A DNA stretch of 63,957 bases, filler included, from Octopus bimaculoides (taxonomy: Eukaryota): assembly GCF_001194135.2 (NCBI RefSeq). It is 4 parts of 4 records of this genome, joined end to end, with 100 filler letters (N's around TTAATTAATTAA, not from the genome) between each part and the next. Parts side by side here need not be neighbours in the genome. Positions count along the whole stretch, not along the records: positions 23,817 to 43,641 come from NC_068989.1; positions 43,742 to 47,802 come from NC_068982.1; positions 47,903 to 63,957 come from NC_069008.1; 1 more part is not named here. One strand, given 5' to 3'. The notes beneath the pieces are model-generated. The model searched no databases and was not told the origin of the DNA. It worked only from the letters and a program-made list of their open reading frames with translations. The translations under genes were made by a program, and so were the position numbers. Below are positions 36,095-49,169 of the stretch, in pieces (within the stretch, counting starts at the first letter, position 1; each line of letters starts with the position of its first letter).

Positions 36095-37019
36095 NNNNNN
36101 NNNNNNNNNNNNNNNNNNNNNNNNNNNNNNNNNNNNNNNNNNNNNNNNNNNNNNNNNNNNNNNNNNNNNNNNNNNNNNNNNNNNNNNNNNNNNNNNNNNN
36201 NNNNNNNNNNNNNNNNNNNNNNNNNNNNNNNNNNNNNNNNNNNNNNNNNNNNNNNNNNNNNNNNNNNNNNNNNNNNNNNNNNNNNNNNNNNNNNNNNNNN
36301 NNNNNNNNNNNNNNNNNNNNNNNNNNNNNNNNNNNNNNNNNNNNNNNNNNNNNNNNNNNNNNNNNNNNNNNNNNNNNNNNNNNNNNNNNNNNNNNNNNNN
36401 NNNNNNNNNNNNNNNNNNNNNNNNNNNNNNNNNNNNNNNNNNNNNNNNNNNNNNNNNNNNNNNNNNNNNNNNNNNNNNNNNNNNNNNNNNNNNNNNNNNN
36501 NNNNNNNNNNNNNNNNNNNNNNNNNNNNNNNNNNNNNNNNNNNNNNNNNNNNNNNNNNNNNNNNNNNNNNNNNNNNNNNNNNNNNNNNNNNNNNNNNNNN
36601 NNNNNNNNNNNNNNNNNNNNNNNNNNNNNNNNNNNNNNNNNNNNNNNNNNNNNNNNNNNNNNNNNNNNNNNNNNNNNNNNNNNNNNNNNNNNNNNNNNNN
36701 NNNNNNNNNNNNNNNNNNNNNNNNNNNNNNNNNNNNNNNNNNNNNNNNNNNNNNNNNNNNNNNNNNNNNNNNNNNNNNNNNNNNNNNNNNNNNNNNNNNN
36801 NNNNNNNNNNNNNNNNNNNNNNNNNNNNNNNNNNNNNNNNNNNNNNNNNNNNNNNNNNNNNNNNNNNNNNNNNNNNNNNNNNNNNNNNNNNNNNNNNNNN
36901 NNNNNNNNNNNNNNNNNNNNNNNNNNNNNNNATATATATATATGTGTATATATATATACATATATATGCATCTATGTATATATAAATATATATGTACATA
37001 TAATTTCTCTCTCTCTCCA

Positions 37020-37085
<66 letters not shown>

Positions 37086-37164
37086 ATGTGTGTGTACATA
37101 TATGGGCCTTTCTTGGTAAAACTAGATCTTGTAGACAGAAACTGAAAGAAGTCCATCATATATC

Positions 37165-38056
37165 CGTGGTCTGATCAATAAATATCCGGATTGTTGCCAT
37201 AGTGATGAAGCTAGAGCACGTAGATTAAAGCTGATTGGCACAGATTGACCATGAACTCTGCTGTGCATGCGCATTAAGCTTTCACGTTCTAGCTTACTTC
37301 CGCTGTTTACAGCAAGGCTTAGAAAGAAGGTGTGTTGCGTGTGATCGTCGCATTGACAATGACAGAGAAAGCTGAGCATAGAACCAGCATCAAATTTTGC
37401 CAAAAGCTTGGCGATACCTGTTCAGAGGTCTACGCAAAGTTTTCAAAGAATTTTCATCGTTTTCGATACAACCAACGAGATCTTGTGCAACTGAAACCCG
37501 AGTGGCTTTTTGGTCACTGAAAACAGTTTTGGTACAAACTTGGCAGACACGCGTCTCATACTCAAATCTTCAGTGATAATGAACTGAACTGAACCATAAC
37601 TAATCTGCACATCCTCTGGTAACTCACGAATAGTGATTCAACGATTTCCCCACCCAGCTACACGCACATCTGCGATGTTTTTCTCAGTCCTGCTGGTTGC
37701 GTTTTTCTCAGAGCGTTCGTCATTATCGACATTTTTTCGGCCATCTTGAAAACATCTGAACCACTGGTACACTTGTGTGCGGCTCATTAACTCCTTTCCA
37801 TGCACTTTCTGCAACTTTGCGTCAGCCTCTGATCAGGTATCGCCATGACAACTTTTACTGTCATGGTCAATGCAACGATCACGCTACACACCTTCCTTTC
37901 AAGCACTTCTGTAAACAGCAGAAGTCAGCTAGAATGTTAAAACTTAGTACGCATGCACAACAGAGTTCAAGGTCAATCTTCGCCAAGCAGTTTCACTCTG
38001 CATGTTTTAACTTCGTCACTATGGCAAAAGACCGGATACTTATTGATCAGACCTCG
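37165..38056. mobile_element. Mariner-derived fold-back element with two 5' ends (892 bp), inserted into a SINE-C
   Basis: TIRs CGTGGTCTGATCAATAAATATCCGG / CGAGGTCTGATCAATAAGTATCCGG with TA on the right. Both arms carry the 5'UTR and MT(E/V)K start region. The minus-strand core encodes ...EDLSMRRVSAKFVPKL...ENDENF. SINE-C pieces flank it at ~37100-37160 and ~38130-38325. Confidence 0.88.
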
Positions 38057-38451
38057 TATGGCCGCTGTCAAATGGCTGAAACAAATACAAGACAAAAAGA
38101 GAATATATATGCATATGTTCTTGCGGGGGGGGGAGGTGTTTTTCCCCTCGCCGTAGCTTGATAAGCGATGCGGGTGTACTTATGTCCCCTTAACTTAGCG
38201 GTTCGGCTCAAGAATCGATAGAATAAGTACTAGACTTTCAAAGAATAAGTCCTCAGGTGGTGCTCCAGCAAGGCCACAGTAAAATGACTGAAGCATTAAG
38301 AAAATAAAAGAATAAAAGAATAAGTATATATAGAAAATAATGTATAACTTAATCTAGCCTCAGTAATTTTGTTTTGTTTTTGTTTTTGTGTTTAATTATG
38401 TTTTGAGTCAGTCTGGTACCTCACTAACATATCGCTAAATTTTTATTCGCA

Positions 38452-38537
38452 GGGCGACTCGACCTCATTCACTGCAATGATTCGGTGCAAACAATATTCT
38501 ACACTAGGTAGGTAACAGCTTGGCTGCAATTGCTTAT
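38452..38537 (+). repeat. ~85-bp imperfect direct repeat, second copy at 39536-39617
   Basis: ctcattc(a/g)ctgcaatgat(t/c)cggtgcaa...gtaacagcttg...gcaattgctta is present in both copies. Confidence 0.75.
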
Positions 38538-38689
38538 CTATCTATATATATATACATATATATGTATGTATGTGTGTGAATGCGCACGTACACGCTCGCG
38601 TATATCACATTTTTAAACAATTATGTCTATAGAGGTCAACTTGCCTCGATTATATATCAATGCGGGTGATAGTGTTGTTGTGTTTGTTG

Positions 38690-38704
38690 ACGACGACGAC
38701 GATG

Positions 38705-38735
<31 letters not shown>

Positions 38736-38830
38736 TGATGAAGGTGACGATGATGATGATGATGATGATGGTAACGATGATGACAACGATTACGCTAGCG
38801 ACTAAGACTACGACGACGACGATGATGAAT
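38690..38830. repeat. (GAC)n/(GAT)n trinucleotide repeat
   Basis: Direct reading of the sequence. Confidence 0.9.
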
Positions 38831-39458
38831 ATTAGCGTGAACATCATGGTGACTATAACGGTGTTGATGTGGAGAAGATGTTAAAGGAAATTTAATAGGG
38901 ACGAAGAAACTTGCTTGAGAGTAGAGGCAATGGTAATAACTAACTACGACAATGAGCTATGCTCGTCCAGAATAACATCAACTATTACTTTGGACAAAAG
39001 TGTTTGCACGTCTTTCTCAAAATAATGTAATTGCTATTTTGTTTCACAATTGTAGCGGAACAGAGAGAACCAATTTACCATTCTAACAGCAAAAACTTCT
39101 GCAACGTTAGGCAGAGATGTAAGTCTCCATCTATCTAATTTCTTTAAACCATTCTAAAATCAATCAAAGGGATTTTGAAGCTGTTACAACCATAATATAT
39201 TAGAGGTCCACGTTTGTTTCTTTATATTTACCAATAAAACTCAGTGGATAATAAATAATTTATCCTCNNNNNNNNNNNNNNNNNNNNNNNNNNNNNNNNN
39301 NNNNNNNNNNNNNNNNNNNNNNNNNNNNNNNNNNNNNNNNNNNNNNNNNNNNNNNNNNNNNNNNNNNNNNNNNNNNNNNNNNNNNNNNNNNNNNNNNNNN
39401 NNNNNNNNNNNNNNNNNNNNNNNNNNNNNNNNNNNNNNNNNNNNNNNNNNNNNNNNNN

Positions 39459-39489
<31 letters not shown>

Positions 39490-39939
39490 TAAGTTAGTCT
39501 GGAACATCATAACAACATCGTGAAATGGCGCTTAGCGGAACGATTCGAACTCATTCGCTGCAATGATCCGGTGCAACAATTCTAGGCATTAAGTAACAGC
39601 TTGTCCGCAATTGCTTACATCATGCTATTGATTTACCTCCCATAATTTTCGTACAACTATGCTATGTAAATAGTAGCTATTTTATTGATAAAAGAATTTT
39701 TAAGAAGGAAGAAAGTGATTTCAACTCATCCAATATGGTTTATTTATATGGCTACTGACTACACTATCGTACATGTATCGTTATAAATTTGTCTTTCCTT
39801 AAAAGAGAAAGTCAGGAGGTGTTTAACAAATATGTCTCTTCTAGTTCAATTCTTCGCATTGCGTATCCTTTTTTTTCTTTTTTTTACATTGGGTATCACA
39901 TTGAAGGACTCAGTTAAACCATCCCACACAGTAATTATT

Positions 39940-40057
39940 TAATGTCTGGTACTTATTTAATCAGTCAGCCTTTGCTGAACTGCTATGCTATGGAGACGTA
40001 AACAACATGACACCAACTGACAGTTGTCAGTTGATTGGGGAAAAACACAAATTAACT

Positions 40058-40131
<74 letters not shown>

Positions 40132-40146
40132 TGTGTATAGATAGAT

Positions 40147-40224
<78 letters not shown>

Positions 40225-40408
40225 CGACGTGCTTCCGCACAGTTTCAATCTATCAATTTTACTAACAAAGCGTTGGCCGATCCGGTGCTATAGTTGTGCA
40301 AGACACTTTGCTGAAGGTGCTACGCAGAGGACTAAATGCGAGACTATATGTTCGCGAAGCGAACTTCTTAAATCTTAACTTCTTAACCTCACAGTCATGC
40401 CTATGCCA
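39940..40408 (-). mobile_element. Old SINE family C copy with expanded internal (CA)n(GATA)n
   Basis: Diverged 5' part at 40225-40408 and 3' part at 39940-40050 match family C. Confidence 0.65.
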
Positions 40409-41014
40409 TAGAAAAATATTAATTATAATTTAACGGTATAAAATTGTACAGAAATTTGACCCACATGCTGAATACATGTGAGGACCACTCGATACAAAAA
40501 TCGAGAATTTCTATACCATTAGGTGTATTCCTTGTGCAAGGCATTGAATTTATATTTGAAATTAGGTAATAAGAACAGAGAGATGGTTACATCAACGCTC
40601 ATAGGCGCCAAGCCAAGCAAATATTGGCAAGATGTTTGTCCAGACACAGTATAATTCATTAGGGAAATTCATTTTGGCTACGTTAAGAGGTTATAGACAT
40701 AAACCCACTTGATCGAAGCAACTTGATTAGGCATCCTGTCACTGGTATGAGTTTGTGACTTGAACTGTCGGGTAAGATAGTAAACTTCTTTCGCTTCGTC
40801 TACTTGGCAATAGATTAGACAAGTGGATAGAGAGAAAACTGCACGAAATGGGAAATGACCATATCTTTTTCATTGATAAAAGTACTAATATCAAATCATC
40901 ATACAACGACGTAATAAAATAAATAAGATGTACAAAGAGCTTCGCTGCTAATTAATAAATTTTGTTGATTAAGCCGGCGTACTGACAGAATCATTAGGCA
41001 AAGCCGGGAGAAAT

Positions 41015-41258
41015 GTTTAGTGGCAGCAGAGGTTTCCCACCTGAGCGGGACGCTGGTCCATCGCAGGTGATCTGCTATATGCAAGAGAAAAGAGTGAGAG
41101 AAAGTTGTGGCAAAAGAGTCAGCAGAAGTTCGCCATAACCTTCTCCTGGAGCCGTGTGGAGCTTGGGTGTTTTCCTTCATAAAAACACACATCACCCGGT
41201 CTGAGATTCGAACCCGTGATCCCTCGACCGCTCTAACCAATAAGCCATGCGCCTCCAC
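41015..41258 (-). mobile_element. tRNA-head SINE (B-prime) with a deeply conserved central-domain motif
   Basis: Head GTGGAGGCGCATGGCTTATTGGTTAG...GGGTTCGAATCTC. The body contains CCTGCGATGGACCAGCGTCCCGCTCAGGTGGG. Confidence 0.7.
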
Positions 41259-42249
41259 ATCAATAAAATTCCATAGTAATACTTTTATTGTGTAAGATTA
41301 AAACATCGTTGGAAGACGATGAGGTTAATAAGAACAGGTGTTCAAGTAATAGTAACTTCTACACGTACTCATATGTATGTGTCTGTGGGTGGGGGNNNNN
41401 NNNNNNNNNNNNNNNNNNNNNNNNNNNNNNNNNNNNNNNNNNNNNNNNNNNNNNNNNNNNNNNNNNNNNNNNNNNNNNNNNNNNNNNNNNNNNNNNNNNN
41501 NNNNNNNNNNNNNNNNNNNNNNNNNNNNNNNNNNNNNNNNNNNNNNNNNNNNNNNNNNNNNNNNNNNNNNNNNNNNNNNNNNNNNNNNNNNNNNNNNNNN
41601 NNNNNNNNNNNNNNNNNNNNNNNNNNNNNNNNNNNNNNNNNNNNNNNNNNNNNNNNNNNNNNNNNNNNNNNNNNNNNNNNNNNNNNNNNNNNNNNNNNNN
41701 NNNNNNNNNNNNNNNNNNNNNNNNNNNNNNNNNNNNNNNNNNNNNNNNNNNNNNNNNNNNNNNNNNNNNNNNNNNNNNNNNNNNNNNNNNNNNNNNNNNN
41801 NNNNNNNNNNNNNNNNNNNNNNNNNNNNNNNNNNNNNNNNNNNNNNNNNNNNNNNNNNNNNNNNNNNNNNNNNNNNNNNNNNNNNNNNNNNNNNNNNNNN
41901 NNNNNNNNNNNNNNNNNNNNNNNNNNNNNNNNNNNNNNNNNNNNNNNNNNNNNNNNNNNNNNNNNNNNNNNNNNNNNNNNNNNNNNNNNNNNNNNNNNNN
42001 NNNNNNNNNNNNNNNNNNNNNNNNNNNNNNNNNNNNNNNNNNNNNNNNNNNNNNNNNNNNNNNNNNNNNNNNNNNNNNNNNNNNNNNNNNNNNNNNNNNN
42101 NNNNNNNNNNNNNNNNNNNNNNNNNNNNNNNNNNNNNNNNNNNNNNNNNNNNNNNNNNNNNNNNNNNNNNNNNNNNNNNNNNNNNNNNNNNNNNNNNNNN
42201 NNNNNNNNNNNNNNNNNNNNNNNNNNNNNNNNNNNNNNNNNNNNNNNNN

Positions 42250-42611
42250 TAAAAGAAATGGAAAAACTTTCAAAATACAAAGACCTGGAAATAGAGATAA
42301 CTCGAATGTGGAATCTAAAAACAGAAACAATTCCTATTATAGTAGGTGCCTTAGGTATAATAAAAAAATATTCAGACAAATACATAACAAAAACACCAGG
42401 ACTTACAAATATATATAACATACAGAAAATTGCACTACTGGGCACTGCACACATCCTACGCAAAACACTTTCAATACAGTAACCATAAGAGCACCACAGC
42501 AAACCACAGCACATACCCAAGGCGCACAGAGCTGCGCTCGGTAGTGAAGTGAAAGCACTTTATAAAAATAAAACTACTGAACAATAATAATAATAATATT
42601 AATAATAATAA
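42250..42611 (+). mobile_element. R4/Dong-clade RLE LINE 3' fragment with 3'UTR and (AAT)n tail
   Basis: KEMEKLSKYKDLEIEITRMWNLKTETIPIIVGALG...KIALLGTAHILRKTLSIQ*. The 5' part is lost in the N gap. Confidence 0.9.
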
Positions 42612-42642
42612 TTTCTATTCTAGGCACCAGGCCTGAAATTTG

Positions 42643-43507
42643 ATTATGAAAATGTTCAGCCATCCATTCCTGTGTTACTAGAGCCATGTGTGATAGTGCA
42701 GAGTCTTACTGAAACTCATATGGCTTTCCATTACATACACTGTGTATCCAGGGCTTAACACTTATTTCCAGGACTTCAATGAAGGCACAGAGTTAACTCT
42801 AAGGTGTTGTGGAAAAAAGTAAGGAGGTATCACATGTCCTTCATTGCTGACAACCCCTAAAACCATGACAGATGCAGGAAATTTTGTGTGCATAACACTT
42901 GGAACTGTCATTTCTTCAGTTAACTTTTTGATCTTGGTCGAAGTTTTTCTCGTTTGAGTAAAACCAAATCAAATCTTCTTCTGGATTTTTCAGTTTCTTT
43001 AAGAGCCTTTTAGATCTGATGTAATGATTTTCTTTTGCTTTTCTGACAAATTGACCTTTCCACATCATATAAGACATATCTAATGCTTTCGTGGACCACA
43101 TTTCTGACTGTTCTTTCTGACACATGGAGATCTTTTACAATTGACTTTATGGATTTTCTGGGATTGTAATCAATGGCCTGTTGAACTTGTTGGATAAATT
43201 CATGCGTTCTCATGATTTCAGAGCGTTTAGAATGTTCTTTATGCTTTAATACTGGTAATATGTTTCTTCAGTCTCTAGCTTCTTACAAACTTTGTAGACG
43301 AAGGATCTGGCAACTTTTAAAAAATCGAAATATTTTTAAATCGCTATACTCAGCCTTTATAACTACAATAACAGCATGTCGCTTAATTTCTTGAGCAAGC
43401 TGAGGGTCTGCCATTATTATTTTCTGAAACAAAGATTATACAGAGTTAGCAATAAATACAGCAATGGCCCCCAAAATGGCATGTCCTCAAATACCTTACG
43501 CACCCTG
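42643..43507 (-). mobile_element. maT/DD37D (Bmmar1-like) Tc1-mariner relic, 5' two-thirds
   Basis: TIR CAGGGTGCGTAAGGTATTTGAGGACA next to TA. Transposase pieces WFYSNEKNFDQDQKVN and VMVLGVVSNEGHV...FQ*DSALSHMAL. Confidence 0.85.
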
Positions 43508-43758
43508 TATATATAATCTAGAACGCGCACACATATTTTCACGCATAGACCTATTTGCAGAAAAACATTTGTGTCCCGGAATGACAACTAATTTTTTCAA
43601 TATATGTGTGTGTGTATGTGTGTGTGTGTGTGTGTGTGTGTNNNNNNNNNNNNNNNNNNNNNNNNNNNNNNNNNNNNNNNNNNNNTTAATTAATTAANNN
43701 NNNNNNNNNNNNNNNNNNNNNNNNNNNNNNNNNNNNNNNNNATATATATATATGTATA

Positions 43759-43856
<98 letters not shown>

Positions 43857-44428
43857 TATATATATGCATATATACATAAATACATACATATATGTATACA
43901 TATATATAAACACATATATATGTATTTATATGTATATGTATGAATACATATATGTTTATATATGTCTGTGTATACATGCATACTTTCCATATGTACACAG
44001 AACATACACGCACAGGACACGTAAAATGTCCGAGAATACCACACACGAACATGTACAGTGCTGTGCACATGTACACACAGTTACCTACATACACACACTA
44101 ACACACGTACACACTCGCACACACACAGTCCCACACATACACAGACGCACATAGAGTCACAGACACTTAGAGTTAGCGCATGCGCATTTATACAAATTTG
44201 AGACACGTGCCAATCAGGAACATCAAAGTCTAAATACGAACTTGAGTCTCATGAAAGGAGAAGCTCTATTCTGAAAAACACACTCAAGCAATTGCACATA
44301 CTCACTCCAGTATATCTGTATGTGTGTCCGTGCGCGTGTGTGTCTGTGTGTGCGTCGGTATGTGTGTATGTGTGTGTGCGTGTGCATGTGTGTGTGTGCG
44401 TGTGCATGTGTGTGTATGCGTGTGTGTG

Positions 44429-44478
<50 letters not shown>

Positions 44479-45876
44479 TACAAATATATATATACATATA
44501 GAAAGAGAGAGAGAGGGAGAGAGAGAAACAGACAGACAGGCAGACAGACAGACAGAGAGAAAGGGGAAAGAGAGAGTAGAGAGAAAGAAAGATAAGATAG
44601 TTTGAAAAAGAAAGATAGATATATAGAAGCAGGTGCATAGATAGATAATTAGACAGATAGATTAGGAAGATTGTTATTAGCAGCGAGTGGTTGGTGTGAA
44701 AAGTACAAGTGCGGAATGGAAGTCTGAAACTGACCTGAATGGCATTTCAAACTCTGCTACCTGTAGTGCCAAACCTGACCAAACATACGTCTGTGATTTA
44801 CAGATTACAACTAACCTCCTTCTGCACTGTCTCTCTGTCTCTCTGTCTCTCTTTATCTCTCTCTCTCTCCCTCTCTCTCCTACACACACACACACACACA
44901 CACACACCATGCACAGTAATAAATACGTACATTCGGTACATTCCTGGCATTCTCCATTATATGTTCCTGGGTTAAACTCAAGCACACATTCATTTACTCA
45001 CATACACAAGTAGTAAAGAAGTCATGCTAACTCATTACACACAAACATATATACAAGAAAACACTCGCACGCGCGCGCGAACACACACATACCTATACAC
45101 CCCAACCAATTCTGATAAATACAAACACCAAAGGCTAATTTGACTTTAACAAAAGATCCTTGTTACTTCCTTAGTGACCAATGTAATGTAAATTATACCA
45201 CCAGGTGACCAATTCTGTTTTGTACTCAAGGGTATAAACTGAACTAGCCCAGCATATACCCAGGATATAAGACAAGCTATCCTACTAGACCACACCTCAA
45301 ACTCCATCCTACCCGTATGAGAGCGCTGTTTTAAACGGAGTGTCTTGACTAAACTATTTTAATTTTAATTTGAAAGATACGCTCATATATTAAATGTTGA
45401 TTTGATTTCTTCCGCTGGTGACACAACTTTCCAAAATGAAATGGATTATTGTAATTATGTAAATGACTTCACGTTTTTATCAAGTGCAGACAATACTAAA
45501 GCGTGAGTTAACAAAAAAAAATATATCTAAACACTGGTTAGAGCCAATTAAAAGCTGGTTATATCAGTGAACTAACTGCTCTGATCATCTTTTCAAGATA
45601 TAATACATAATCTGCCCAGCAATGGAAATTTAAACACAACAACACTTATTCTTAAGGAGCAACAGCAACAAAGGATGTAGCCATGTGGAGAACAGAAAAA
45701 CGGGACAACATTTGTCTATTCTACATGTTCCATGTAGATCAATGTCGAGAAAACTACAAAGTTGACAGGGTTTCATTGTCGCAGTAAACATCATAGTATG
45801 AACGGTACAATAGAAGGTGAGTTTAGAGAAGCACTACTAGATATCTAGTCTTCAAGTGTAGAGAATGACATGCCCT

Positions 45877-45921
45877 TAAAGTATATCACGTAGAGTCAAA
45901 ATGTCTACGTGATATACTTTA
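45877..45921. other. Perfect 18-bp inverted repeat with a 9-nt loop
   Basis: TAAAGTATATCACGTAGA-gtcaaaatg-TCTACGTGATATACTTTA. Confidence 0.9.
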
Positions 45922-46618
45922 GCGACCAACAACCAAGTCTAGCCATTAGACAGAGGGAGCACTGCTGCATGAAGGCATTTCATGGGACCATATTAAGATG
46001 TCTGTGGGGTTGGAGTGCCAACGGATAGCAATTCTTTTAGTGTCAATTTATTTTCAGGACAGCTCCTCTGTCAGTCAGTACTCGGTTCACACATTCCATT
46101 CACCTTCATAATGCCAAGAAACTGTATAAACATCGCAAACAACTTTTGCTATATATGAAAAAATATGTAAAATATTAAGACAGTTGACGAAAAATATCTA
46201 TAATAAAATTCTGTTTGATAAGTATAAATTTTTATTAAAACAAAACACGCGGGTGAAGTAAATCTCGTGGCGTGAAGAATCAACACAACAAGCAGGTGAA
46301 ACAACACAACGTGAAGTTGTCATGGTAACAAGCTGCTAATGTCTTGCTGTCTGTTGATTGGCTAAAATTACCCAAATTTCCTAACTTTGATTCCAAATAA
46401 AGTAATTGGTTGATCGTAATCAAAATTCAGAGTTGCATCGATACACCAAAACTGAAGGCAATCTGAGCAAAATTATGGGGAACTCATTTTGCGAATGAAA
46501 AAGATTAGCTCCCAAACATAAATACATACATACATACACACATTTATGCATTCATACATGTTTTAGTAGTGCTTGTAAATGACCTGGACACAGAGTTGAC
46601 AAATATATATTTATGCAT

Positions 46619-46661
<43 letters not shown>

Positions 46662-47770
46662 CACACAGAGGCACACACAGACATATATATATACATACAC
46701 ACATACATATACACACAGAATCACACATGCCTAGTTTGTACTTCACATATGGCTGTTGCCTTACTGTTATACAAGCATATATAATATATATATATATATA
46801 TAAATGTATATATATGCATGTATGTATGAATATGTAAATATGTGTGTGTGTGTGTAATGTATGTTTATACATACGTACATACATACATACATACATGCAT
46901 ACATACATACATAGAGGCTATATAGATATCTATATAGATACGCTCATAGCTACATAAAAATATACTTACATACATTGATACATACAAACCCGCATACATA
47001 TATACATGCATACATACACATCCATACATGTAAAATCACCTATGCGTACATGCAAAAATACCTATACATACATACATGATTACATACATACATGCATACA
47101 TACATACAAGCATACATACATACATAATACATTCATACGTACGTATGTACGTACGTAATCCCATCGATTATGCTGTGGAATTCATAGGCGCATCTGATGC
47201 GAATACTTTATCTGAAATGAATAAAAACTTAATGAAAAGGCCCCAATAAATACTAATTATTGATTGAATCTATCACATTGCCAGGCATAAAATGGCCAGT
47301 TACATTCATATTCTGGAATTTCAGCCAAAAAATATAAAATACGCAGAACTTTTCTAAAAATTTCTCATGTGAATTTATACTGATGTTGCAATAAAAATTC
47401 TTATATTGAACATTTTTTGTTCGTTTAGAAACTTGATTCAATAATAGTTGTAGAAAAATGTCATCAAGTTATTACCTTCCGATATGGCATAATGTATTTG
47501 GTAAGGGATTCTACGTAGCCATTTATAACCATGAGGGGAGTCGTTGTGGGATATATGCTAAAATATTGATGCAGGGTTTGAAACTTGTGGAGTGTGTTCT
47601 TGAAATAATTCTGATTCACATTCCCTTGATACAATGGAGTTGAGATATTGAGGGAGGATTTCCAAAAAGATTCCCTGGAGTTTACTGAAGGAAGATATCG
47701 ACATTAATTTCAAGGACGAACGTGTATGTATGTGTATATATCTATCTGTTTCTCTGTCTGACTATCTATC

Positions 47771-47802
<32 letters not shown>

Positions 47803-47952
47803 NNNNNNNNNNNNNNNNNNNNNNNNNNNNNNNNNNNNNNNNNNNNTTAATTAATTAANNNNNNNNNNNNNNNNNNNNNNNNNNNNNNNNNNNNNNNNNN
47901 NNTATATATATTTGAGAGAGGGATTAACGGTAGTAACATAAATCCATAGTTG

Positions 47953-48040
<88 letters not shown>

Positions 48041-48539
48041 CACCTCTGCAAGTTGTTCGGGTGAGGAACGGTCGACTGAGAAATGTTGAAAGCACAAAAG
48101 ACGATGGTTAATGTACACCGGAAATACTTGGCCAGACAGAGGATGGATGGAACCATGAGGAGGATGAGGAGGAGTTGCAGGTGGAGGAAGGGGAAGGGAA
48201 CAGGAGAATGGTTAGAGAGAGGTGGGGAAGTGGAAGGTGTGTGTATAGTTAAATATATACATCTGCACCTATGTATGTATATATGTATGCATCTTTGTAT
48301 ATATAGCTGTGTGTATAAACGTATAGCTACACACACACACACACACACACATAGCCTTTTACTCGTTTCAGTCATGCGACTACGGTCATGCTGCAGCACC
48401 ATCATACATATACGTATTTATATGTGTATATGTATAAATATAATTTATGTATGTTGATGTGTGTATATATATATATATGTATATACATATATGCATACAT
48501 TCGTGTGTATGTGTGAAACTCCTAAACATGTAGGTCTAT

Positions 48540-48571
<32 letters not shown>

Positions 48572-48838
48572 GTACATGTATGTATATAACGTGTATGTGT
48601 GTGTTTTTTGAGAAAGCGTGGAGATAGACAGCCAGTTAGATTCTCATAGATAGGCAAATAGATAGATAGATAGATACATAGATGGATAGATAAAGAGATA
48701 GAGAGATATAGATAGATATAGATAGATAGAAAAATAAAGGGATAGAGAGGTAGATAGATAGATAGATAGGTTCAGAGAGAAAGAAAGGAAGGATGAGAAA
48801 AGGAAAGAGAATAAGATAGAAAGGAAGAAAGGGTGATG

Positions 48839-48882
<44 letters not shown>

Positions 48883-49169
48883 CGCACGAGTGAAACACGG
48901 AAAATTGGAAGTCAGAAGACACCAACCGACTCTTAGGATTCCTCGGAAGACTTTCGGGAATGATGCCAAGTCAACAAACAACAACAACAACAACAACAAT
49001 AACGAGAACAACAATGGAAATGGTAAACAATACCAACAAGGATAACAACAACAACAACAACAACAATATGAAAAATAATATAGTAGAAAAAGAAATATAA
49101 ATAACACATGAAATAAAAGAGGAAAAAAAGGAAAATAATTGTTGAAAGACCACACGGTTGGGTTTGAAC

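Noticed and set aside
44677-44830. Complex island with open frames on both strands (QRVVGVKSTSAEWK... / TYVWSGLALQVAEFEMPFR)
   Set aside because: Splice signals are weak and no motif is recognised, so it cannot be supported as an exon.
23761-47858. Recurrent TTAATTAATTAA palindrome as a biological motif
   Set aside because: It always sits between N runs and is an assembly linker.
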